Of a stretch of DNA of 64,000 bases, positions 18,927 to 29,488 are shown piece after piece (the stretch's first letter is position 1; every line of letters begins with the position of its first letter). Source of the stretch: Pecten maximus. Its lineage: Eukaryota. Both the position numbers and the translations under genes were made by a program. The DNA is taken from positions 11,718,001 to 11,782,000 of the forward strand of contig NC_047018.1 of assembly GCF_902652985.1 (NCBI RefSeq). The letters run 5' to 3'. A model generated the notes under the pieces. The model searched no databases and was not told where the DNA came from. It was given only the letters and a program-made list of their open reading frames with translations.

Positions 18927-21900
18927 TTAAGTGATCTTGCGTTCCATATTTTTAAACTTTGCTAAAAAGAGCTGTGCAAGTCTATCGTCGACTTGGACTC
19001 CTTCACCGTCCTTGTACTGCTGATAAGCTAGAAAGCAGCCCCCTATTTCTCCTCTCTCACATGCCTTAATGTTATAGGGTAAAGCTTTCTCTGCATTCTT
19101 GTCAAAATTGAAGTCCTTAGATCCATATAAGTATGCTTTTCCTGCCTCAAAACAACTTTTCGCACTGTTTTTTTGACACCCTTTATCAAAGTATTCCATA
19201 GATTTTCGAAAATCTTTCATTTTAAAGTCACTTTCCTCTGCAAATGGGATTTTGGTGTGGGCTGGGTGAAAGAAACCAGCAAGTATTTTACAGGCATCTC
19301 CATTTCCATTGTCACACCCTTTGTTTGCATACTCTAAGAACTTCTTAGTGTCTTTATACAAATTACCTGTAAAACAAAAAGAACATTGTGATGAGAAGAA
19401 TGAGGTATTTTTTTCTTTTTGAATGAGGCCCTATATAAAGTACAACGTAATGAGAATTTGGACCACTAGATATGTTTATATACTGGTAGGCCTATACCCT
19501 AGATGTGTGTATATACTAGTGTATACATACATCTAGGGGTATAGACCTACCAGTATATACACACATCTAGGGGTATAGACCTACCAGTATATACACACAT
19601 CTAGGGGTATAGACCTACCAGTATATACACACATCTAGGGGTATAGGCCTACCAGTATATACACACATCTGGTAGGCCTATACCCCTAGATGTTTGTATA
19701 TATTGGTAGGCCCATACCCTAGAAGTGTGTATAAACTGGTAGGCCTATACCTCTTGACGGACAGATGAACAGATGGACGGAGGGACGGTCATTTCAGTAT
19801 ACTCTTCCCCAAAAACTTTGAGGACTTAATAGCAAGTATTAAATGTAATAGGGAACCATAACAGAAGCCCCTAAACACCAATAATTATGGAAACCCAACA
19901 ATATCTAAATTTTGATCAATCAGAAGCCTCCATGTGGTCGCTGTGGCAACGAAACGAAGGCGGTTGAATTTGCAGTCCCCTTATATCAATATGTATACCA
20001 ATTTTCATCAAAATCAGACAATATTTTAATTTCGGCCAAGCAGAGGGTAGAAAATGGAGGTAATTTTGTTAAAATGTGAAACTGAGGTAATGAAATTTAC
20101 TGGTATCCCTTGATGCATCCAACAGGGTACATACCAAAGTTCGTCAAAATTTCATCAAAATCAGACAACAGAAACACCTAATATGTCAAATTGCAGACAG
20201 TGTTTAGTTACATCATTTCACCATTAGTTACACCATTTGACTAAGGCTGAAGAAAATTGGTCAAATGACTGTAGAGTTATTGCCTTTTATCGGAAAACTG
20301 ATTACTGTGACCAGTTACCATAGCAACCAAAATAAAAGAGTCACATGCACATCTACATAAGGTCCTTTATATTTGTATAAAGTTTATATCAATCTGTTCA
20401 TAAGTGTAGGAGGAGTAGTCTAGACAACATTTGTGGACAGACAGGCTGATTCCAGTACACCCCACCAATTTTGTTGCAGGGTATAATATTTTATTTGAAT
20501 GTTCATTGGGAGTTGTTTATTTGTTCACAGGTAGTCACACGGAACCTCATGGAATTCCTCCATCTGAGTAATTACTACTACAGCAGATATATTACCTCTA
20601 ACATTTTGATAAATCAATTGACCCTTGGGCCTTTAGATAAATCATTCACATTTGCACCTGATGTCCCTTTTTGGTTATTCAAATCTGCTTGTTGAGTGTA
20701 TATTTTATATACACCTTAGCTTGTAGAGAGCATTCCTAGACCGAGTACCAAATTTACAAACAGAAGTGGGTAGAACTGTTGTACATGAAGACCCATTTCA
20801 GTGCCCTCTAGGGTTGGCCACACATCTGATATCCTGAGTTCAGACATGTTTGGACAGAATCATCTGGTAAACTTCAGAGAAGCTAATTAAAGCTTTTGCA
20901 CCCGGTGCCCCATTTTGACCAAACCCTCCAGCATTGCTGATTTTGTTGATACTTGGATGTGTGTAGTGTCAAAGTCTCAGCTATTGCAATTTATACCCGG
21001 GTACTTGGTTGTGATATACATTGTATCCCTGGGCTTTGATACAAAACCAACTTATACAACTATCTAACACCCTGATAGCATAAATAAAGGTTAATAGCAA
21101 GCTTCAATAACAGATACATATGTTACATATTATTAATGTACTGATGAGAAAGTTCAAGTAACTTATCTGGTATTCCCAGACAAGTTGGAAAGATCACTCC
21201 AATTTCTGGTCACAGTTTACCTTTTACAAATATGTTTTTTTTTTATAAAGACAAGATAAACATATCAAATACTAACCTCTTGAATAATAGAAATAGTTGC
21301 TGAGGAAGAAACAGCTTGGTCCATGTTTGTAGGTATCACATGTGTGTTGGTATAACTTGGCAGCTTTATCTTCACGTTTATCAACTTGACAGAATAGGTT
21401 ACCCAGGGTGAAGCAAGCTGCAAAACAAAGTAAAGGTAGAAAACACCACAATGCTACATGGAAAATTTCATAATGTACTAGTTATAAAGTTTAACTGGTG
21501 TTCACTCCTCTTTGAAATGTAATAGTCCCCATTAGTATATCTTACCCATGCTCCTGAAATACAAGTCATGAGAAAATTAAATGATCTGTACACTCCACCT
21601 TGTAGAAGCAGCAATGTCACTTGCTCTCCAACTCTCCATCTCTAGTCTATATATAGCTGTAATAGCTAGCTGTAATAAATAAAGGAAAATTGTGTCATCA
21701 CAACAGTAAATGACTGGCTTCGGCTGTCTATAAGTTTTCTACTGAAAGTAACATAAATCTGCGGGGCAATGGTTACATCTGGAGTCATGTTTTGTAATCC
21801 CTTTGAATGACGCATCATTTCAAATGATTTAATCTATGCATTGTATATTATCAATCAACAATAAACAGTTTTTATTGAATAAACAAGATTCCAAACAATC

Positions 21901-23377
21901 TTGGCGCTCACAATTGAATGATCATTGGTTCTATGTCAGACTGATCTTCTTTCTACTTTTCCCTTCTTCTTTCTCAATAATCTTAACACAAGTATATGTG
22001 GAACCTACATGTGAAGTTTCAAAAACATACCTACAGTACTTTTCATAAAATAGCGATAACAAACTTCAACTCTCAAAACTAAGCATGATCGCCTATCAGC
22101 CATTTTTTTTCTCAAAAATCTAAATTGAATTGGCACATCTAGGTACCAAGGGGAACTTACGCATGAAGTTTGAAGAATATCCCTCCAGAACTTTTCAAAA
22201 AATAGCAGTAACAAACTTCAATGATCAAAATCAAAGATGGCCACCTGTACGCAATTTTCTTTTTCTGATAAAAAATTAAAATTGAATTGGCATATCCAAG
22301 GACCATGAGAAACCTACATATGAATTTCGAGGAATATCCGTCTGGTACCTTTCAAGAAACAGCAATAACAAGTATTATTTACAGACGACAGATGACAAAT
22401 GATGGTCCAGTTCCACTACACTCTTCCCTCCCTTTTAAAGTCTTCGACCCCGAAGACTTCACAACTCACAACCCAGGTTCATGTATCCCCTTGTCAAGTA
22501 TTCACCTCACTTGAAATAAAGTTTGGTTACAGGCACCAAATGTAATAGAAGTGGAAAAATGCACGGCCAGACTGGGGTTCGAACCCAGGACCTCCAGACA
22601 CTAGCCGGATGCTCTTCCGATTGAGCTACCTGGACGCCAATGATCGTCCCAGTCCAGTTCCGCTACAGGTTATCTTTGGTTATATTGTTATTCAGGAGAT
22701 TAAACCGAGAAGATGTATGATGATTTTATGTCCCTTGTGCTAGTTGGTCAAGGCGTTTCATTTGAACAAACTTGACAGACATTTTCAGTTATATCAGTTC
22801 TTATGTCTGAAATAAGCATTTAGCTTTTGGACCTCCTTAATTATTTTTCGTCAAACTCCTCAATTATTTTACTTGGGATTATACATTTCATTATTATTTA
22901 TATTCTTGATTACATGGCGCCTGCAAAATACCACGAGTCTATTCCTTTTGATCACCAAGAAGGCATCGTTGTAAAGGTTTTTCTACTTTCATGATTATGA
23001 AATTAAAACTAGGTCAAGGTCATTCAATTTAACAAAGAACATCACTCTATCAACAGCAGATGGCATCCGGATGGGCGTACATGGTACCACAGCATAGGTA
23101 CAGTTTTCCTTTCTCTTTACGGGAAATAACAAATGAATTAACATTACAAATCATACAAACAGTACAGTGAATGACTGGTCAAGTGGTGGAATGCCAAATT
23201 GAGGACAGTTGCATAAAATAAGTTAAACGTTGAAATGATATTTTGACATGTCACAGAACATTGACATAATTTACCATCTGGTTGCTTATGTTCGAAACAC
23301 TGGATTTGATTTATCATTTTCATTTCATCAAAAGATGGCCCTGAGTCTGCGAACTGGGCTGAAGCTGGAGTCGCCAT
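18927..23377 (-). CDS. COA7: Cytochrome c oxidase assembly factor 7 (Sel1-like repeat protein), 227 aa
   Basis: Exons 23275-23377, 21277-21417, 18927-19366 total 684 nt with phase-1 introns. Translation MATPASAQ...QCFEHKQPDACFTLGNLF...AAKLYQHTCDTYKHGPSCFFLSNYF...KGCDNGNGDACKILA...KACERGEIGGCFLAYQQYKDGEGVQVDD has the Cx7-8C SLR pattern and the three-exon layout recalled for COA7. Confidence 0.9.
19468..19752. repeat. 34-bp minisatellite with two internal orientation switches
   Basis: Units read ctggtaggcctatacccctagatgtgtgtatata at 19468-19520 and 19669-19752, and as the reverse complement at 19521-19670. Confidence 0.9.
19756..20487 (-). mobile_element. Degenerate HINE-like fragments
   Basis: gacggacagatgaacagatggacgg and ggacagacagg microsatellite ends followed by imperfect hairpins (...tacacccc...gggtataat). 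Internal aatttcatcaaaatc motifs are shared with 18206-18845. Confidence 0.45.
21881..22400 (-). mobile_element. Diverged copy of the 155-bp-unit HINE family
   Basis: Reverse-complement similarity to 9225-10232 and 59375-60107 (aaacaagattcc...atcttggcgc; atagcgataacaaacttcaa; gacgacagatgac end). Confidence 0.7.
22405..22667 (-). mobile_element. TRIM-type miniature LTR retrotransposon with a tRNA inside its LTR (Helenus-like); second LTR truncated
   Basis: On the - strand: a 127-bp LTR TGTA...TACA (22667-22541), PBS-like TGGTGCCTGTAACC (22538-22525), an internal 9-bp hairpin (22438-22459), PPT AAAAGGGAGGGAAGAG (22436-22421), then a restart of the LTR TGTAGTGGAACTGGAC (22420-22405). Confidence 0.8.
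22564..22635 (-). tRNA. tRNA-Thr(AGT)-like sequence within the TRIM LTR, probably not a canonical tRNA gene
   Basis: Folds by eye: acceptor GTCCAGG/TCTGGCC (one mismatch), D stem GCTC/GAGC, anticodon stem TCCGG/CTGGA with loop CT-AGT-GT, T stem CTGGG/CCCAG with loop TTCGAAC. A TTTTT pol III terminator lies 5 nt downstream. G37 is atypical for Thr. Confidence 0.65.
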
Positions 23378-23700
23378 CGTGATCGTTGTCCGTTTCGAGA
23401 TTTAGTCCTATCGGAAGCGGTACACCGCATGCGTAGCGGAAATAATTTCTAATATTCCCAACAGAGGGCGTTTCGCGCCAGAATAATCAAGTAGCAAGAG
23501 TTTTCATCCGAAAACCAGCACGGAAACATACTTAAACAGAAAATTACATCTGAACTATGAGGTATATTGTAATTTGATAGTGTCAATTTCGTGTTTGAAC
23601 TACTGTCGACGAGAATCAATTATTAGTATGGCATTCAAATATCTTTATAAGTTTGACAGTTGGCATGTTTACATCTATGGCCGCCATGTTTTCAATTTCG
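23378..23700. promoter_or_regulatory. Putative bidirectional promoter COA7 (-) / ORF836 (+)
   Basis: CpG-rich. ETS-like CGGAAG 23412-23417, NRF1-like CGCATGCG 23426-23433, E2F-type TTTCGCGCC 23471-23479, YY1-type CCGCCATGTT 23681-23690. A + strand donor GAG|GTATAT at 23561/23562 pairs with the acceptor (t)8cccag at 25064. Confidence 0.65.
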
Positions 23701-25228
23701 TTATGGTTTCGTCGAGGTCGAAATTATTTCCAGGCTTTGCGTAACAGTATATTAATCAAATTTAAGCTGCTATACTTAACTGTGTTATATCGAGATTTTA
23801 AAGTAAATGATCGATGTAGACATGATTTCATCACTTTCCTCCGCTATAATACAAAACAAGCAACGTCAGATGGTCGAGGATTTCTAATATCGCTGTATAA
23901 TACATAATTAAACAATTCTCTCCAATGAACATCTTACATGGTATTAAAACAATGGATAAATGATCATGTTTCATACTCAGTGCTTTCAGTAGACCTTTGG
24001 ATTGTTAACTATCGTTCCGGTACCCCACAAGACACAAAAATGTACAAACATTTTACAATGCACAATTAGCCATGGTTTCCGGTCCTGACACCAGACTGAC
24101 ATAGATGTCTGGTTTAGGGCCAGAATGCACTACGACTATGTGAAAGTATGGAATTTTCCAACACTGTTTGGTGTCTAGTCATTATAATTCGGACATGACA
24201 GGACATATTCCTTACATACATATGTATATTTAGATATTTGATATTTATCTGAAATTAAACCACTCAAGTAGTCCCATAATCAGGTCGGCGAAAAATACCC
24301 ACTTGCGTATAATATGCAAATTATCGCAACCTTGCATATTATACGCCAATTGAGGCACAGGGCATGTCTAGTCTTATGTTCAAAAATAGACAGATATACT
24401 TATATATAAAGACAAAGGAAGCATCTGTTCGCCATAGAAATTCTTACCTATTTTTTCCAAACTTATTTTTTCCGTACTAAATAACCACCTACCCACATTA
24501 TCCTACTACCGATCTCTTCAGAAGACTTCAATCTATCAGTTTAAACACGTTTTATATATGTAACATTCATCATAGTTGTTGAAATCCAACTTTAATCATG
24601 ACATGCAACAAGATTTCCAGCTCCCAAAATTGCCTTACAGGCACTTGACCTTCACCTCTCTTAACACCTGCAAAATTACATCGCTTACTAGGACACATGT
24701 AGATTGTGTTCTGACTGACAGGGCATCCAATAGACCCTTGAAAGTTTATAGTTTTGACTCCCCAAAATGAGATTTGACTCAGGTTTTGAAGGAAGTGTCT
24801 ACTTGACTATGTTTTGACCCTTTCCAGAGGTTTACCATTAATACCAAAACTTACAACATACCAACAGTCAAAATCTGCATTAATAACCATGGTATACTAC
24901 ATAAACCTGTGTTTTTAAGACAACGGGAAATAACCCCCCTTAAGCTATTTTCAGAAGAAAAAAAATCTTTTACCTAAAAAGATATATTATTTTGTGCATT
25001 ATTGATAATTATTCTAATTTGTCAATATGAATACATTGACCAAACTATTCCTTTTTTTTCCCAGGTACGTCAGTTAGCTGAGGAACTACAATCAGTGTTA
25101 TGGTGACCTAGCTAGATGCCAACTACATCATGTAATCATTGGAATGTTTGTACCTTGCTTTTGCTGAGCACAGGATATGAGATGATTGTACAAGAAAATA
25201 TAATTACAATTTAATCATCAATCTAGTC

Positions 25229-27739
25229 ATGAACCAAAAGAAAATGGCAAAGACAGGTCACCAATACCTTTGTGCTAAGAAAATGGTGCTGAAAAAATAT
25301 AGAAAACAAAGATTTGGTGTAAGGAAGAAATGCATACCTTTGGTGAATGTTCTTGATCCTGATACTGTTAGTGCAAAGTTCAAACTTCAAAGGCAGCATG
25401 TCAGCAGATTACAATCACATCAGAATTACAGCAGCTCAACTCGAATGGAAGATGAAACTTTCACTTTATCTCAGTTGGTAACTTCTAGTCTATCACACAC
25501 CAATGTGTGTTCAGAATTTCCCATATCTGAAATTGGAAGTGAGTTATCTGGAAATCGTGGCAATGGAAATTCTCCATTCAATAGTAGCAATAGTTGTGGT
25601 TCACCAGAAAGTGCCGTGATACAGACAAGCTATGTCCCCAGATGTTCAAAGCAGGGTCAAGGGTCAGGTACTGAAGGTCCCAAATGTAATAACATGAATG
25701 ACTGTGACAACTGTAGTCCTGAACAAAACAACAACCTGGGAACAGAGAATCAATGTGCATGTCCAACTAGGAATGAAAGTACACCTGTCAGGGATATGGA
25801 GGAAAGCATCATTGATGTGGTGTCGCTGGATGAGGAAAGTGTTGTAGATGAAGAAGACCCAGTAAGCCAAGTTAATATAAATAATGCCTCCAATGCCTTT
25901 GATCTGGAAGAGTGCCTAGACAAAAGAAATCCCCTTTCGGTGGATGTTACAATGACTGAGCAGCTTTCTTCCAGGGTACCATCATTGTGTAAAAATGGTC
26001 ACCAATTAACGTCCAGGTCATCCGTCTCCCCCGTCAACTGGCAGCAGCAGTTTATGTCATTCTTGTCCACCACACCAGAACCCAGCTTTACAGATGATAT
26101 ACCATGTCATATTTCAACAAACAAGAGTCCATCACATTCCTCACGCAAGAAGAGATCTCGGAGAGCTCGTAGTAGCACATGTCCTTGCTGTGTAGGGTCA
26201 TCATCTCACTCCATTCATGGAAAGAGGGCAAAACATCACAGTGGGCATTCTCGAAAACACAGTCTGTCCAAAGAACACAAACATTTCATCCGAGATATGG
26301 TTCAACTTGTGTCCTTAAGAAATAAAGTTGTGACACTCTTCTGCAGCATATTCCCTCAATGCCAGGAATTCATTCGTGCAATGAATCCTGACAGTGAAAA
26401 AGTGGATTTACTCATAGATCAGGTGGTGGACATCCTACAAACGCCTGAACCATTTGACATCAACCATCCGGAAGAGGAGAAAGATGATGTTAAATCAGTA
26501 GCAACATATTCTGATAGTGGAACAGACCCTGTGGACCTGTCGGAATATCCCAGTTTGGAAAAACCAGATGATGTTTTCTTTGCAGACAAAGATTCAGATG
26601 ACATGCCAGTACTTGATGATTACAGTGCAGATGACAAGACACAAGATGAAGGAGAATCTGTCTCAAAGGCACACGGTTATTCTGAAGACTTTTTAGGTTT
26701 TTTAGAAAAGACCAAATCTAACCATAATCAGTTAACGAATGATTTCAATGTGAATAAATTAGACCCAGGAGGTAATTTAGTTCTACAGTCAGGTCCTCCA
26801 AAAGTGTGTGATCAATCAGACTCTAAAGTATATGGTTCAAGAAATTGTATTAGTGCTTTTTCTGAAGGTGATACAGAGGTTCATATTGATGATGATGCTG
26901 GGGGGCAAGTCAGTGACTGGGGAGATTGTTGTCCTAAGTACTGTAATCAACAGGGAGCAAATGTTGATCTTGGGGAATGTTGTGATTCAAAGTGCAATAC
27001 TAATCAAATTGGGTCATGTGTGCTTTCAAAGAAAACAAAAGAAAGCAAGATCCATGAACTGTCGGGAGAGAAATTTCAGGGATCATTTCAAGAATTTCTG
27101 AATTCTAGCAAAAATGAAGACACTAATATTGACCATGAAATGCATGATTCAAGTTGTGAAGGAGAGGAACATGAAAGTAAGTTAACCTCATTTACCAACA
27201 TAAATTCTCATCAGTCAATACATCTACCTGCCTATTCCGACATCTCAGAAGCAAGCAGATTGTCTAGCAGCTCACCGTTTGATTGGACAGGAGGTGCTGA
27301 CACACCTTTATTTGGTAAACAGGAGTCCAAGAATGATATCCTTCACAAAGAATCTCGGACCACACAAGACGACAAACCCTGTGACCATGATCTACTGGGC
27401 AGTGCTGACGAAGCACACAGTGGACCTACAGTTCAATATGGGACCAAATGTGACAAGGAATTACCCATGTCTTATAATCAGTCAGAATCCGGTGTTGGAC
27501 AGACAAAAACCATTCAAATATTTGAATCATATGTTGAAGCATGTAGGAAACCAAAAATATGTTTAAAAGCCCTCAAACATAGACTTAATGCACTGCTTAC
27601 ATGGCTGTTACCAAGTGCAAATTTAGGCAGTGCATATTTCAAGAATTTTGACAGTCTTGAATATTTGTTAGATTCTTTGATCTACTGCAACACAGTGCAA
27701 AATGACACAGGTTCTCTAGATAATGATAGTGTAAACTAA
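25229..27739 (+). CDS. Uncharacterised 836-aa, largely disordered, probably nuclear protein with a SIM, an NLS and two MORC C-terminal-like helical motifs
   Basis: 2.5-kb non-repetitive open frame in AT-rich DNA, preceded by a strong acceptor at 25064 and a divergent promoter. Ser/Asp/Glu-rich; contains IIDVVSLDEE, RKKRSRRAR and CPCC. Confidence 0.88.
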   Translation: MNQKKMAKTGHQYLCAKKMVLKKYRKQRFGVRKKCIPLVNVLDPDTVSAKFKLQRQHVSRLQSHQNYSSSTRMEDETFTLSQLVTSSLSHTNVCSEFPISEIGSELSGNRGNGNSPFNSSNSCGSPESAVIQTSYVPRCSKQGQGSGTEGPKCNNMNDCDNCSPEQNNNLGTENQCACPTRNESTPVRDMEESIIDVVSLDEESVVDEEDPVSQVNINNASNAFDLEECLDKRNPLSVDVTMTEQLSSRVPSLCKNGHQLTSRSSVSPVNWQQQFMSFLSTTPEPSFTDDIPCHISTNKSPSHSSRKKRSRRARSSTCPCCVGSSSHSIHGKRAKHHSGHSRKHSLSKEHKHFIRDMVQLVSLRNKVVTLFCSIFPQCQEFIRAMNPDSEKVDLLIDQVVDILQTPEPFDINHPEEEKDDVKSVATYSDSGTDPVDLSEYPSLEKPDDVFFADKDSDDMPVLDDYSADDKTQDEGESVSKAHGYSEDFLGFLEKTKSNHNQLTNDFNVNKLDPGGNLVLQSGPPKVCDQSDSKVYGSRNCISAFSEGDTEVHIDDDAGGQVSDWGDCCPKYCNQQGANVDLGECCDSKCNTNQIGSCVLSKKTKESKIHELSGEKFQGSFQEFLNSSKNEDTNIDHEMHDSSCEGEEHESKLTSFTNINSHQSIHLPAYSDISEASRLSSSSPFDWTGGADTPLFGKQESKNDILHKESRTTQDDKPCDHDLLGSADEAHSGPTVQYGTKCDKELPMSYNQSESGVGQTKTIQIFESYVEACRKPKICLKALKHRLNALLTWLLPSANLGSAYFKNFDSLEYLLDSLIYCNTVQNDTGSLDNDSVN

Positions 27740-27875
27740 GTGTCAGTAAATGTGACCAGGTAGTAGTTTGTAAGATAAATCATCTGTTACATTGTTATTC
27801 CAGTATGACTGGATGTGTATTGCAATATTCTTTGTCTATTAATTGTTTTCATTTGTGATTTGTTAAATTATTTTG

Positions 27876-28317
27876 TTTTTAGGTCACCTAAGACAAAGTC
27901 TCAAATGACCTATTCTAATTGCCTTTTGTCTGTTGTCGTGAGTAGTCCTTCCAAATTGACTTATAAATTTCAAAAATCTTATTCTCGACTCCACATTATG
28001 GTTGAATTAACCCAACACTCTTCACAGATAGAGAAGTGTTAAGGTCCTTTACCAAAATTGTGAATTTCATGATCCTTGGATCTTTCATCTTTCCTTCTTT
28101 GGGAGAGGGGGGGGGGGGGGGGGGGGTGTTACTAAGTTTACAGAAGGAAATCACATTTTTATTCAAGCTTGCTTAGAATTAGCAGTTTTGGAAGGCAGTT
28201 TGATGCAAATGTTGGCCCCACTGACCCCCATGGACTGATGGGTGGTATCAAAAAGTGTCAAATCGATAAATATTTTAAAACACAGGTGACCGTGTAGGCC
28301 CATGGGCCTCTTGTTTT
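27876..28317 (+). mobile_element. Non-autonomous Helentron/HINE-like element in the ORF836 3' region
   Basis: Starts ttttt-aggtcacct, has a tgtctgttgtcgt microsatellite, and ends caggtgacc + hairpin aggcccatgggcct + cttgtttt (subterminal inverted repeats plus 3' palindrome). Confidence 0.75.
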
Positions 28318-29292
28318 CTGATATAGCCATAAATATCTGGTTTGAATTTTACTATATTCAAATTAACACTGGGTATGCAGGGTTTCTTTCAAAATGTTAA
28401 TCATTGCATGTTGGATTTTGAAATGATAAATGGCATACCAAATATATTTCTTATTTCTTTTAGAGTCTCAAGTTATAATGTTATGCAATATACTAAAAAT
28501 AATATCATTTGGTAGTGCCAATGATACAGATTTTTTTTGATAGCCAGTATTCGTACACACGTTTAATGTAGAAAATAGTGTGAATCATTGTGCCAGTATA
28601 TGTGATCGGTTATCCTTTCCGCCATTTACCAGACCTTCCAAAATAGTACCATGCTGCCATATTCCAATCCTTGATTGATCAAATTCCTGTTTCAGGATCA
28701 AATCATGAAGAAAGTTTGTTTTGATTCCACTTTATTTCTGTTTGAAGTAGATACATAATTACACCATAGTGTATATTATTGTCACGGTCAAAGGTCATGC
28801 TTTACCGCTTTGGACAAATTAATTACTACAGGTAATTTAACATCATTTACTGATAAGGGTTGGAGTATATTTGTATGAGCCTTGCTCAGTTTGCTTTCTG
28901 CATCACTTCTAATATTTTATGTCATTGGAAATAAAATTAAGAAAACATTTCTGCTGTTAAGAATTTATAATTAATTTAATGCATTGTTTAGTCAAAGTAT
29001 GGAGTCTGAGCACCTACCAGATTGATATTTTATTTCCAAGTAAAGAGATACAAGTCACTAGTACTGCAGATAAAATGTATAACTGGGCCCGTATAACTGA
29101 CTTGTATTTGTAAAGTAGATGAACAGTGATATGTGCTGGATTATACTGTCCGGCTTTGTCATATGTGCACTGTTTATGTTTTGCCTGATAATGGTAAAGA
29201 TGAGATCCACAGGTCCTGATTTCTCACTGGTGTCATCTGGGAGGTTTTAGTATATTGTTTCTTACTACTATTTGCTCACCACAACAAACAAT

Positions 29293-29488
29293 CAGTAAAT
29301 TTAGTCACACTCCAACCTTCCTTAATTAGCGACCACCTGAATTAAGCGACCTACTCATTGATGACCACCTTTTCCCTTCCCCTTGTTATTTGATATAATT
29401 TCCTGAACCTGGATTAAGAGACCACCTGCCATATATGACCTTATTTATTGCCTCCCTTTGAATGTCGCATATGACAGGTTTTACTGTA
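29293..29488. mobile_element. Tc1/mariner(pogo)-type MITE remnant
   Basis: Termini cagtaaa... and ...gacaggttttactg-ta, with repeated internal gcgaccacct motifs. Confidence 0.5.
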
